DNA of 63,702 nt, the filler included, from Choristocarpus tenellus KU-1152 (taxonomy: Eukaryota > Protista > Phaeophyceae): the NCBI GenBank assembly GCA_964200185.2. It is 13 parts of 13 records of this genome, joined end to end, with 100 filler letters (N's around TTAATTAATTAA, not from the genome) between each part and the next. Parts side by side here need not be neighbours in the genome. Positions count along the whole stretch, not along the records: positions 1 to 4,080 come from CAXNAD020016323.1; positions 4,181 to 7,330 come from CAXNAD020021952.1; positions 7,431 to 16,559 come from CAXNAD020003961.1; 10 more parts are not named here. The stretch is one strand, 5' to 3'. Shown one piece after another: positions 1 through 12,710 of this stretch (positions are counted from its first letter, which is position 1; each line of letters starts with the position of its first letter). The position numbers and the translations under genes are program-made. Below the pieces are notes generated by a model. That model worked only from the letters and a program-made list of their open reading frames with translations. It made no database searches and was not told where the DNA came from.

Positions 1-2689
1 GGTATTTGGATCTACCATCTGACATCCCCCCTCTTTTCTACCAGTATTGTCATACTACCCTTCTCCATGATAAGAGTCTCATGCAAAATGTCTGGCATTG
101 AAGGGGTTTGAACTCCCAAAATGCTTCTAGGTTTTCGCAAGATGGATCTATTCTTCCCCCTCAGATTTCCCTGAATAAACATGTGGTGAAGGGATTGGTA
201 AAGTGAAGAGATAACACAGATCGTTGTCATGCAATACACTCTGCAAAAACATCGCTATCTACTTGCTTTCCTACACACCGAGCAGTCACACCAACCTCAT
301 TTGGATATCCCTACACCTCTATAAACAAACAAAAGGGGGTCCATTCCTCCTCAAAAAGACGTTTGTCAACTGATTTAAGATGCTTCGCTTCGCTCCACAA
401 ACACTACACATAAGAGTATACATATCATTGTACCACTCTCTGGGGGTGGAGTGAAAGTTGAAAGTTCAATATGTGTGCGTTAGGGTGTCAGAATGACAGA
501 TGGACTCAACATAGTAGACGATTGCACAAACGATAAACCGCGGAATACCTCAAGGATATTTGAAAATGCATCAATTCTTAGGGTGGGTATAGACTTTGTC
601 CTATACTATAGTCCCGTAATTGCCTGACAATGTTTCATTATGGAAGGATAACAGTGAGCTTGCTTGCCACAATAGTACAGAGTAGGCATGACTTTGATCA
701 CCACTGGTCATCCTTCTCGCAAGTTCAGTTCCATGGTAGTGCACATGGAGCATGCAAATGTGCAAAATTCCAAAATAGTGTATCAAAGTATTACACTTCA
801 GTAATTTACTTAACAAAAGAACTCGCAATTGTGAGATTTGGTGGAGATGGACCTAACCTAATAAATGTACCGCAGTGGTGGCTATGGAGACTGGATTGGG
901 ACATTGATCCAGGTCTGGTGGTGCATGCATGATGAGATTAAAACAAAGCGGAAACACGTTAATAAAAAATCCAATACAAAGAAGCGTGCATTTTGGATCG
1001 TACTTAAAAGGATATCTGCCATAAACCACTACAAAATCGCCAACATATCCTACCATTGCTCCATACTCAGTCTTACATTTGCAGAGTAGGGAGAAGAATA
1101 ACCATAAATTCCATGAGTGAATGGAGAGTAGAACAGTAAAAGCTGAATGAGTAGAGCATATACGTTCAGCATTGTAGTAAGAGCTCTTCACATAAGCACT
1201 GTTTTGACATAGCTAGCGCATGTTAATGTTGGTAGAAAATGCTCAGGAAGGGAGAAATATGTGCACCTTTGATGGACATGTTTGCAGCAATACGAGTATT
1301 TATGGACATCCCTATGTAGTCATTTAATATGTGTCAGGAAAGAGAGTACATTGCCCCTTCATTGAACAGATTACACGACTGAGCTTACAGCATTGCACAA
1401 CTCTGTTATTGGTTTGAATCCTACATCTCCCCTCTTAAAATAATAAATCCACATCATTAACCTGTGCCCCTCTAAAAATTAAGGCACAAATTTTCTACGT
1501 CATCGCATTCACGTGGCATCACAACAGGTATGTGTCCATGCACGCACACACCCACGCATGCAATTAAGGCAACTAGATGGTAGAACCAGAGAAGCAGACC
1601 ACCCTCACCTGGAAGGAAAAATAACTACAACCCCAAAACATATAGTAGTCACAGCAACAACGAATAGTCTAGGTGTGCTCCGTCAGTCATCGTCCATATC
1701 GTCGATGTTAACATCCTCCCCATTTCCCTCTGACCAATGATTCGTCTCGTTTTCTGCCCTACCTGATGAGCTCCCCGCACCCCCCCCTACCCCTTCAACG
1801 TAAGCAACATCTAGGTTGTACTCCGTCAGCGGGGACTGTGGTGGGTGATTTCCGCTTCCCTTCCCTGGAAAGTCTTCCATCTCGTCTCCCAGTGCGGTCA
1901 CAACGTAGCGCTCTCGCCACTCAGTCAAGTTGTAGTATGGGGAGAGGCAATCAGCAATAGCTGACTGGCATAAGCAACACAACAGAATCAGTGGCATTAT
2001 GACTACCGTGTCATTGTGTTGGTGGTGTTGGCGATAAAGCAGGCAAGGGGGAAGGGGGTGGTCAACTGTTTGGTTATTGGGACAGAACAGCCCCTAACAC
2101 GTGCAATGAATAGTTTCGCAGCACCTGGGCTATCTTGCATCCTAAACGACGCTCCAGCCGCTGCTCCAAGCAGGCGAAGTGAAAACCGAATGGGGGCACC
2201 TCTGTTGCTTCCTCCATGACAATAAGTTGCTGAGAAGGGGACAAGTCGCTAGCCTTACTAATCCTCGACAGTGTGGTCGTGTCGCCATTCATTGCAACCT
2301 TCTTCGTTTGCTTTAAATCACTACCGATTCCCCCTCTTGATCGTTCCATGTCCCTTTCAGATCAGCATAAACCCCTGTCTTATCCTCCTATCAACCTATT
2401 TTGTGTCGAAGATCTTCTGGTCTTTGAACTTCTGCAACCATGCAACCAACACATGATGGATGATAGGTATTATGATATCGTGCTCACGATATATATCGAT
2501 CGAATGTTGTCCTCCTTCATGTTTTTTTGTGTTCGTTGCTAGTTCTGATTGTGAGTTGAAAATTGAAAATAGAGGTGAGGACTATCGATGTTTCTACAAC
2601 AATGTATGGTTGTTATATATACAACAATAATACCCAATATTAGTAATAATAATAGTATGGATTTTCTTGTGGGATCTTTTGAATTTTCC

Positions 2690-2990
2690 TTCATTCATGG
2701 AGGGAAGTTTTGTGCACGTTGGCAACCGAGCAGAAATTTTCTTCGTGGATGAGTTGCTAAGCAAGAGGGGGTGGGAGTTATGATCAGAAAGGTATGGTCA
2801 AGTCTCCTTTAAGACATAGTTTCTGTTACTTCACAAATCAATCTCTCAAAACGCATCGTGCGTTTCAAGTTGGAGACTCGGGGCAGGTGAGCAAGAAAAA
2901 AGGGGCTTAGCATGTTCTATGGATTCTTTCCTAGCTCCTTGCTCACTTTCATAGGGTTACGTTAGAAGCATAGCTGCGTACATAATACTT
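2690..2990 (+). mobile_element. Degenerate 3' end of a CRE/R2-like non-LTR retrotransposon
   Basis: Similar by eye to 22130-22440 (GSF..L..AE.F.DEL... then ...SKRIVRFKLE-like tail). Confidence 0.45.
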
Positions 2991-3129
2991 AGTCGAGAAC
3001 AATCTCCAAGGGGACATCGTTCTATTGGTAGTTTTTAACTGGAACATATTTTAGGGAGATGTCTTAGGATTGGCGACAGGTGCTGTATCGACAGAGGCAG
3101 TAGTAGTAGTCCTTGACATAAAGTTTTGG

Positions 3130-4080
3130 TCTTGGTCTCACCCCCCCTGACATATCTCTACAAAATGTCAAGAGAGCAGAAGTATATGAGACCCCTTATC
3201 ATCAGTGAAAAATATTGTTCATCACCTAAGTCTGGGAACTACGCCGACTCATGGGCAGAGGCCCTACACATTGAACTACTTCTCATGCTAACTACTGCCT
3301 ATCAGTTGCATCACAGCTAATTGGACTGCACTGCACATGCCTTCCTTCTTGCATGTTGGATACAACTCCCAAGCCAGTCATAACTCTGTTTCCTCTGCCG
3401 AAATCTGGTGCGTATACAGTAAATATTCACCACCACGATCCAGATATTCTACGTCCCTTTTTTGTGGTTAGCGCAAGATAGGAAGCTACAGGTGTACCTC
3501 CCCCCCCAATTCACAAATGGACTTGCCACTGTCCATCCAAGTCAAATTTCCTGCGAAGAAAGAGGTCTGACCTAAACCGATATTTGAACCTGGCATTCCC
3601 ATGAAGGAGAGTGTGGGAATTAAAGTGGTGGCAGTCGCCTCCTGCATCAACTTTGTCGTGCCATAACTTTTGATCAACAATAATTTTTTCATGGAAATTC
3701 GTTTGCGGTAATTGCATCAGCATGCTTAATCTTATTTGGTGGGTCTCAGTTGGTCAACTTGCAGCAATCGTGAGAAACACAGGACCATACTTAAATCAAG
3801 TAGTCCGTGCGCTGTTCTCGCAGAGGCGCCACGTGGCACACGCGAACCGCGCATTCAAGGAAGATTTTGATGCGAGAAGAGGCCATCTTCACCCGGAGAA
3901 CATGGGCGTTGTTATCTCTCTGTTCTCTTTCCATTATTTCCCGTTTATGCGATGTTGTCACCTGCTGGCTAAGGCTCACTCATGGTGGCCCAGGCCTCTG
4001 AACCATACAATCCATGCCAAGTCAAATGAGGTATTCTGAAGGTACAGGCCTCCTGTGAGGTTTAGATGTCTTGCATACCC
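3130..4080 (-). pseudogene. Decayed coding remnant, possibly a CxC/KDZ-type transposase
   Basis: Frameshifted blocks ECAVRVCHV...NFHEKIIVDQKLW...YPTCKKEG...ISCDAT loosely resemble the CPxC...DG motif of KDZ transposases. Confidence 0.25.
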
Positions 4081-4180
4081 NNNNNNNNNNNNNNNNNNNN
4101 NNNNNNNNNNNNNNNNNNNNNNNNTTAATTAATTAANNNNNNNNNNNNNNNNNNNNNNNNNNNNNNNNNNNNNNNNNNNN
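4081..4180. other. Artificial contig-joining linker (first of 12)
   Basis: N44-TTAATTAATTAA-N44 gives stops in all six frames. Identical linkers at 7331-7430, 16560-16659, 20272-20371, 23202-23301, 30747-30846, 36055-36154, 39130-39229, 46137-46236, 51040-51139, 56129-56228 and 60207-60306. Confidence 0.98.
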
Positions 4181-4240
4181 AAGCCAAGCCCCAAATGGAT
4201 AAACAGGGGAAAACTCGTGCCCTCTAAGGTACTTTCACTC
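4181..4240 (-). mobile_element. MITE family A, terminal fragment at contig start
   Basis: CCCCAAATGGATAAACAGGGGAAAACTCGTGCCCTCTAAGGTACTTTCACTC is the reverse complement of the 13224 terminus. Confidence 0.85.
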
Positions 4241-4680
4241 AAACTCCTCCGCCAGTCCCGGTAGTCCGAGTCGTCCAATTGTTTCGGTGGTTGGGTCGTT
4301 GATCTCTTTGTCGTAGAGCGAACAATATATGCGCCTGGTCCCAAGCTCTCCGAAGAACTGGACCTCTGGCTTGTCCCACTTCTGTCGCTCACAGCATCCT
4401 AACTGTTTCCCCTCTCTGGGAAATTTTCCCTCAGCATGGGTGGGTTCCATAGACCCACTTCAACTGGTACGTGCCCTCGCGGAGGCCATGTGCTGGGCAT
4501 AGTGGCCTGGACAACGGGATAATTTCCGTCGCCGACTCTTTCAGGCTGAACCATGAGATTGCCAACGTTTCTTGACTCTGCTACCGTTGCCATGAGCTAT
4601 CTGAATTCTTGGACAGATGGGCCCTCGGAAAGAACAGGTTCCCGCAATTTTTGATTCGCATCTTCTCGTGTAGACATGAT
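4241..4680 (-). mobile_element. Possible gag 5' region of another LTR retrotransposon, decayed
   Basis: Interrupted minus-strand frame ending PPKQLDDSDYRDWRRSL, which resembles gag N-termini. Confidence 0.25.
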
Positions 4681-5199
4681 GAAATGATGGGTTAGAAACC
4701 TAAGGTTCAATACATTGTGTCAAAGTATCTCCCAAACCATCAAAGAGGATAAAGGTGACAAACCCAGCGAGATTGCTTGATGTCTGTAGAGTGATTGCTT
4801 AAAGTTAAGTGGGGCATGCAGCACCCCATAAAATCATAAACATTTTATATTATTCGAGAATTTTTCTCATACAACTAATCACTCGAAAAAGTTTCTGATA
4901 ACACAACCACTAATTGATTGTGCCTTTACTCCATAAATATTTTACCGTAACTGTCCGATAGAGTTGGAAGAGTCTAATCGAACAAATGACTCTGAGCTCT
5001 TCGTTGGCTCCATCAATGTTAATCCAGTAATTGATACTGAAGTTCTAGCCAAGGCCCAACATGATCAGTTCGGAGCATATTTTTAAACCTGGCAGACCCT
5101 AGGAATACAGATTCACCCAATAAAGAAACGGCCTACACCATGTCATCTTTTTTCACACAAGAGAGAGAATAAATCCTTACTCTACCGATCTTATCAACA

Positions 5200-7170
5200 T
5201 GATCATTTTGGTAAAAATGGAGAATTTCGCGATCAGTTAGTAGCCCCAACAGAGGTCCATGGTTTAATTTTACATGCCCTACATGACCATAGAGTTGCAG
5301 GCCATCTGGCTTTCGAGCACACATTTGACCGTGTTAGAGAGAGATTTTTGTGGCCGACCTTACGTGAAGATGTTAGCAAGTGGTGTGCCAGTCATGTTAA
5401 AGGCGGAAGGCCTCTAACACTCCTACTCCACTATCTACTGAACACATGCCTGTTCCATGTCTATTTCAACGACTTATTATTGACCCAGTTAAGTGTAAGA
5501 CCACGTCTGACGGTGCATAATATGTTTTATCCATCGTAGCCCATCTTTCAAGATTCGCAATCTTGGTTGTGCAATTTACCTTGGAAGGTATTGTTATTTG
5601 GTCCGTAGTGAAGACGAGAAGGTGTGGAGCCTCACACGGATCCCCATTGCTGAACGCGATTACATGGTACCAGGAGAAAAGAAGAGTGACCTTGTGGGGT
5701 GTCTTCATATATTGCTTTTATATTATATGTGCCTCAGATGTAAGTCAACGGTTATGTCAGATAATTTTAATTGCAATACCAAAACCATACATAATCCAGA
5801 TGTACTATCTCATTAATTGCATCACATGGACTCAATCCAATGTGACAATCTCACATAAAATAGGGTACACCTTACAATTGTCCTATTTTGGACAAAAATA
5901 ATCAACTAAAAGCCGTGACTAAACCTCTTGTCGATCGTCTTTTTTTGCATCTTTGGTCCTCCTACGACACTCCACTCTGACCAAGGCAAAGAATTTGAGA
6001 ATAAGCTCCTGGCTGAGTTGCGCAAAGCTTGTGGGGATCATAAAACCAAGGCAACAGCATATCGACCTCAAGGCAATAGCATATGTGAACGAACTAATTC
6101 CATGACGCATGGTATGCTGGCCATGTATTCGAATATGGACCAATCTGACTGGGCTTCATTTCTGCCCTTTGTACAGCTAGCACACAATACAGCCTAAAAT
6201 ACCGTTGTTCAGGAAACTCATTTTTTTCTCATGTTTGGAAGGTGCCCAATTTTACCAATTGATCTTGTTTTGCGGGTCCATGAGACCACTCCCATAACCG
6301 TACAAGAATGCAGTACGAGAACATTAGAAAAATTACAGCTAGCTTACAAACTGACCCAGCACAATATTGGTGAGATGGCACTGAAGAACGAATCTAAGAA
6401 TGTGAACCGTAAACTCCCACTATATGAACCCGGGCATAAAGTGTGGCTTCACAAACCACATACTTATGCTTATGCACCGAACCCCAAGTTATTGTCCCCA
6501 TGGAGAGGACTTTATACAGCGAAGGCACATTTAACACCCGTTGTATATAACGTAAAACACTTGGAAGAATGACGTGAAGTGACAGTTGATGTGACCAGAC
6601 TTAAACCCTTTAAGGAAGGAACAGCCACTGAACCTGAAATAGATGCCCTTAATTCACTCTTATTAGGCTGGGTATTACCCGGACCAAATCTTGATCAGGG
6701 GTCAAAGACATAGCCAACTATTGGATGTTACAATGTAGAGGGCATTGATGACCATATAAGCGAGAAGTGTGCGAAGAAAGACCACTTGCAATTATGTATA
6801 CCGGCTTCGCCTTTAAGGATATTTCACCGGCCACTGATATATGGTGTGAGTCTGCTGAAATACCTGAATTTGCAGAGATGATCGCAGCCTATAGGGAAGA
6901 GAACAAGTTGGACCTCCCTAATGTAAGAGTCACTAACCAAGCGACTTGTCACAAAAGAAAGACTCCTGCAATAGCTGAGGAACCTGAATTTCCGCCAATC
7001 AGGCGTCCGCCTATAAGCAACCAAGCCTCTTCTAATACTGGTGACATCCCTCCTTGTGGACCGGAACGTGTGACGAATGCCTTTATACTAGTAGATTGCT
7101 GGCCTGATGAGTTGCCACCAGATTCCAAATTTAGGGAAGATATTTCTTTTTCACTACCAAAATGGTGAAA
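5200..7170 (+). mobile_element. Ty3/gypsy (chromovirus-like) pol fragment: integrase plus chromodomain, pseudogenised
   Basis: H2C2 region (AGHLAFEHTFDRVRERFLWPTLREDVSKWC); core FGPPTTLHSDQGKEFEN...AYRPQGNSICERTN; GPF/Y-like KLLSPWRGLY...TRLKPF; chromo-like YNVEGIDDH...ATDIW...EMIAAY. Multiple stops and frameshifts. Confidence 0.92.
5568..5876. mobile_element. ~310-bp insertion (TG...CA, possible solo LTR) splitting the gypsy integrase
   Basis: Integrase reads ...SRFAILV up to ~5567 and resumes PILDK.../FCIFGPP after ~5882. The TSD is not clean. Confidence 0.45.
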
Positions 7171-7273
7171 GCGATGTCGATAAACTCATGAAGATCATAC
7201 CGTGGCTCAGTCTGGGTGGTATTTCGAGCTTATCTCTTTGACAACTTGGGGCTCGTGCGGTCGAAAGATAGCT

Positions 7274-7330
7274 GACCCAAAGTATCTGTGGGGGGGGGGT
7301 CTATACTAGGGTGTCCATTTGGACCAAAAT
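7274..7330 (+). mobile_element. MITE family B left end (contig breaks inside it)
   Basis: GACCCAAAGTATCTG-polyG-TCTATACTAGGGTGTCCATTTGGACCAAAAT. Confidence 0.8.
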
Positions 7331-7430
7331 NNNNNNNNNNNNNNNNNNNNNNNNNNNNNNNNNNNNNNNNNNNNTTAATTAATTAANNNNNNNNNNNNNN
7401 NNNNNNNNNNNNNNNNNNNNNNNNNNNNNN

Positions 7431-7474
7431 GTGAAAAACGGACGCCGACACCCTCCCCCCAGATACTCTTACCC
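7431..7474. mobile_element. MITE family B-like right end, diverged
   Basis: AAACGGACGCCGACACCCTCCCCCCAGATACTCTTACCC. Confidence 0.55.
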
Positions 7475-8266
7475 TGAGTGTGGAAACCACTAATCTATCA
7501 GTTACGTCCCCAATATAAAATATTGTACTACTGTCGTCCTTTGCTTCCCATCTACCTACTCCTGTGCCTCGGCGGGAGGAGCTAGGGAGGCATCCCAAGA
7601 ATCCAACAGACCCCTCAGTATGTATCGAAGTTTGGAGATGAGTTTTACGCCCCCATAAAAAGTAATGGGCATTGTATTGTATTATACCGTACTATATTTA
7701 TTGCATTGTGTTATTTGTATTATATTCTGCTCTACTGTATTGTGGTCTTTCTATTCTCTTCTCCGTAAGAAAACATCTCCAACATGTCAGTGTACATAAA
7801 AATAACATATTGTATTGCATAAAGTTGTGCTGTATAGTAATCTATTGCCACTCTAAGCCTACTAACATCTTCAAGATGTTGTCATGAGACATGATACAAG
7901 TAAGGAAAGGAATACGGTAACCTTGACAACAACAGAGTCTGTACTGGTACTCTTGTACTACTATTATTTTGTTATGTCCTCTGACATTTTCCAAATAATG
8001 TGTCAGGGGAAAAACCAATGAAAACTATTCACATATCAGAACCTCTATTATTATTATTAGATTATCCTGCTATTATTGTATGGTACTATTGTGCTACTGC
8101 TATGGAACTGGTACTCTTGCACTACTATTATTGTACTGATACTCTTCTTGCACTACTATTTTTGTATGTTACACTCTTTGTACTCTGACCCTAACTACTA
8201 TTATTGACTGTTCTTTTACTATTATTTCGTATTATTATTGTTCTATAGTACTCTCGTACTATTATT

Positions 8267-8505
8267 ATTGTATAGTACTCTTGTAGTACTATTATTGTAC
8301 TCCTACAATTGTACTGTTATTGTACTGCTAATCTTATACTAATATTATTGCATGGTACACTCTTGTACAATTTTCATTGTATAGTACTCTTGTAGTACTA
8401 TTATTGTACTCCTACAATTGTACTGCTATTGTACTGCTAATCTTATACTAATATTATTGCATGGTACACTCTTGTACAATTTTCATTGTATGGTAATCTT
8501 GTAGT
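8267..8505. repeat. 109-bp tandem repeat (2 copies plus a partial) within a TACTATTATTG-rich low-complexity tract (~8050-8660)
   Basis: ATTGTATAGTACTCTTGTAGTACT recurs at 8267 and 8376, with a diverged partial at 8485. Confidence 0.85.
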
Positions 8506-9989
8506 AGTAGTTTTGTTTTACTACAATTGTACCACATGGGGTTAGGGTTAGGGTTAGCTATTTGTACTACTACTATTACACAACTATTGTTATACTCCTA
8601 TTATTGTACCGCAACTGTTGTATTCCTACACTTGTACTACTATATTTGTACTGCTACTTGTTGGTTACAGTATAGGCCTTCTCATACACCAAAAAAAGAG
8701 TTCCAGCGCGATTTTAAAAAGAATAACGAAAACCCACTCAGACACATAGAGGTAAAGACACTGATAAATTGGACACTGAAGGCTGTCTAGAAATAAGGGG
8801 AGAGTCAGACTGTCAAGACCCTCCTTGCCCAAGGGCCTGGTGTCTTTAGATTTACATGCAACATGCACCTTGAAATTATGACGGTGACTTGTGTTGTGAC
8901 TGTAATAAATGGAATCAACAGATAGATACAGACACTACCCACCCAGCAGGTAGATACAAACGCCATTGAAACCACCACCATCAAGGGTAAAGGATCACAA
9001 GGGTATCATCCATCCGTCCGTCAAGACACCACTCATCACACATCATTAGAGCGAAAACCCTAACCTTGAGGTTAATTAACCCTAACCCTATCCGTATCTC
9101 TAACCCTAACGATGTTCATATTACTTGAACGGTACTATTAATATAACGCTACAGGTAGTGGGCGCGTGTTTGCAAAAGGAGATGGTTTGAAGTACTTTAC
9201 ACACTCAATATTACTAATAGTATACATGAACTGACAAATAAATGTCTTTGAAGCAATGTAGTGATGAAAGGAATATTACAATATTGTGATGCTCAAATGA
9301 TGTAGGAAATATATTGTTTGGTAACTTCGAAGATTGTTTGGAAGTATGATTATGAAGGGTAGGGTAAGATCCCCCCTTGTGGATAGGTTTCACTCTTCAC
9401 TGTAACTTAATAAAGCACATTTTACATCTATATCTCCTTGGTTAAGCACCACACTCTTTGAGAGTGTGCGAACACCTTTTAAAACGAGCTACCTTCCGTA
9501 TGGTGCACTACGGACCCAAGGGTGTGCGTGTGCCGCTTGATTCAAGGAGGCAGCAGAAGGGAACGTCAGTGACATCATGGTTTCGGGGGTGACCGAGACA
9601 TGGCGGCAGAAATCGAGGCAGCTGTTCAAGCGAGGGTTAAAGCACAGCTAGGGGAGCATGTGGCTTTGGTCGTTGCAAATGTGTTGCCCCAGCAATGAGG
9701 GCAGGTTGCGATAGGGCAGTCAGAACAACAGGAACAGCAGTGGCATTCACAACCCTTGCAGAGGAGCGGGGATTCCACATACAGTTTGGAGGTACCCATG
9801 TGGAACGGTGAGACCAAAGACTGGATTGCATGGAGAACTGGTTTTCAAGGTTTTATTGCGACGACCAGGACATCATGTACGTTCAGTGGGGAGCTGGACC
9901 ATCTGCAGAAAGGAGCAAATTGAGGGAGCGTGGATGGGATATCTACAATACAGGGAGGATGGCACTTCTCAATGGTTGTAAGGAAATGG

Positions 9990-10702
9990 TATTAATGCAT
10001 AGGCTACACATCTGTTTGTTCCTTGATACGATACAGTTCCACCAGTCGATACTGACTGTTGATTGGTCTGTTACGTTCTGGAGGTTATTTTGACTCGTCA
10101 TCACCACATCAACTACATTCAGAACACCTTAGTACAGAACAGTGGCGCTGCATTCCGCACAAATAGTACAGTATAGTATACGTCACATGAGTTGCATCAC
10201 ATATTGGTTCAATTTTGTTCTGTTATTCTGTTGTTTGTTTTTCTTTCACTCTTTCTTCTTATCAGCAGAAGATACAGTTGTACATTGATGGTTGATTATT
10301 ATTTCTTTCGTGACTGTCATTGATCCCTCAAATTGCACCAACGCCACTCTGCAAACTGTCTACCAAACACACACATGGATGTAACATAATAATCAGAGTT
10401 AAAACCATCCGCGGAAACCCTTGCCAGTCAAGGTAACGAGCCTCTCCACAGAGCATGGACTTCTTTCCCTTTTTATCTCATGAAAGAACACTTAATTCAC
10501 ACATCGCATCATTCTTGACCGAGAGATCAATGACCTCAATTACAATAGATAAATACATCGGTGCTTTACAGTACAATCACACCTATCCATAACATAGACT
10601 ACGCATATCACTTATCGGTGCTTTGCAGCACCATGATTCCTCATCGCTAGTAGTCTACGCATTTTGCTTACATGTACGATGCATTCGATTCAGGTTTCAA
10701 CA
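9990..10702 (-). mobile_element. Solo LTR (713 bp) inserted in copia gag
   Basis: Ends TGTTG...TAATA; flanks AATGG (9985-9989) and AATGA (10703-10707). Removal restores GCKEM|TLEVVMEHEG. Inverted near-copy of 12189-12710. Confidence 0.85.
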
Positions 10703-12188
10703 AATGACGCTGGAGGTTGTAATGGAGCATGAGGGACACGAGGGACCCAGAATCGCCATGGGCTTGCGAATATTATGAACCTCATACTTTGGATGAGAGA
10801 CTTCGGGCTCGAGAGGAGTTCCGTTCGACCAAGCTTGGACCTGGGGAGGAACCCCAACAATACATCTAAAAGCCCGATGACTGGGAAAAAATCTTACTAC
10901 ATTGGGTCAAGTGTGAAGAAGAAATGAACGTTTCCATTCTGCCTGGGCTACCAGAAGAATTCGAACTTGAGTGATGAACATTGCTCATGAGAGCAACAAC
11001 TCTAACGAAGACTGAGTTAGAACAGGGACTTGCGAACAGATTTCTCCAATTGAAAACAGAGATAACTGTCCACCAGGGAGGCAGAATGTGGCACTGCGAT
11101 CGAATCGGATAAAATGCTACGCCTGTGGCAAGAAAGGACACTACAGCAATTAATGTTCTACCAAGCACAAGGAATGTGGCATGGTTGGGAAGATAGGACA
11201 TTTGGCAGCAACATGCCATGAACGACATTGAGGCTAGGGAGATCGCAGTCATAATGTTGGTGGAGGTGCTGGCGATGGAGGGGACAATGATGGTACTGAT
11301 GGAAGCAAGAGCACTCAGGATTGTGCTTCGCATGGTACAAATGTTGGCAGGAGACACAGACGCAGGGGAGGAGCGCTTGTCGTGAGCAACAAATCAACCT
11401 GCGACGTGAAGAAGTCACCAGATGTTGAAGAATGAATTTTTGACACCAGTGCAAGTGATCACATGACCAAGATTCTTTCACTGATGTACGAGATTGGAAA
11501 AACAATAACAGTGGGGACAGGGTGATTGTCGGAGATGGACAGGAACACGACGTTGCTGGATGGGAATGGATGGAGATGATACTCCTCTCAGCAGACGAGG
11601 ATGTGGAGTACAGTGTGACCATGACAAAGGTTGCTGTGGTGTCCACACTAGCCTACCACCTTTGCTCTGTCTGAACCATCCGCGAGACGTCAGGGCGACA
11701 GGGTCGTGTGAGGTCTGATTCGCTGATAATTGAAGGAAATTATGGCCTGGATGATCTCTTCATACCTGTGGTGAATGGATTTTACATGGGATACATATAT
11801 AGGGTTCTACTTCAACCAGGCTGCACTGGATTATTGGTCACACCAAAGGCTCGGATAGACATCAACAAATTTCACCGACGCCTTGACCACCCTAATGAAC
11901 AGGTCACTCACAAGACTGCAAAAACTCATGGAATTGACGTGACAGGAAGTTGGGAACCATGTCTTGGCTGTTCATAGGGCAAAGCTCACTGTGCTCCAGT
12001 GAAAGCTCACTGTGCTCAAGTGCCATGACGTACAGATTCTCGGGCAACAAGGAAGCTTGAGAGGGTATTCACTGATTTGGGTGGACCTAAGCTCGTAGGT
12101 AGCCTTGGAGGTTGATACTATTCCATGATTTTCGTCAATGACGGCACCAAGATGAAATGGATACGATTCCTGGACAAAAAGAATGGTG

Positions 12189-12710
12189 TGTTGAAACCTG
12201 AATCGAATGCATCGTACATGTAAGCAAAATGTGTAAACTACTAGCGATGAGGAATCATGGTGCTGCAAAGCACCGATGTAGTCTATGTTATGGATAGGTG
12301 TAATTGTGCTGTAAAGCACCGATGTATTTATTCTGTTGTAATTGAGGTCATTGATCTCTCGGTCAAGAATGATGCGATGTGAATTAAGTGTTCTTTCATG
12401 AGATACAAAACGAAAGAAGTCCATGCTCTGTGGAGAGGCTCGTTACCTTGGCTGGCAAGGGTTTCCGCGGATGGTTTTAACTCTGATTATGTTACATCCA
12501 TGTGTGTGTTTGGTAGACAGTTTGCAGAGTGGCGTTGGTGCAATTTGAGGGATCAATGACAGTCACGAAATAAATAATAATCAACCATCAATGTACAACT
12601 GTATCTTCTGCTGATAAGAAGAAAGAGTGAAAGAAAAAAACCCAACAGAAACAACAGAACAAAATTGAACCAATATGTGATGCAACTCATGTGACGTATA
12701 CTATACTATA
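12189..12710 (+). mobile_element. Second copy of the same solo LTR (522 bp, 3'-deleted) inserted in copia integrase
   Basis: Flanks TGGTG (12184-12188) and CGGTG (12711-12715). Removal restores RFLDKKNGV|AAALEDF in frame. Confidence 0.88.

Noticed and set aside
890-930. Fanzor/TnpB RuvC-I motif (DIDPG; also SIDPG near 23985)
   Set aside because: No downstream E..TS, zinc finger or RD.NA motifs and no supporting frame; a short motif expected by chance.
4125-4136. Recurrent TTAATTAATTAA palindrome as a biological repeat
   Set aside because: It is always centred in N runs and is a standard all-frame-stop linker.
10866-11646. Two ~160-aa minus-strand ORFs
   Set aside because: Antisense shadows of copia gag/protease.
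10167-12710. DNA transposon with ~520-bp TIRs
   Set aside because: Each arm has its own TSD, and the copia frame is restored by removing each arm separately.
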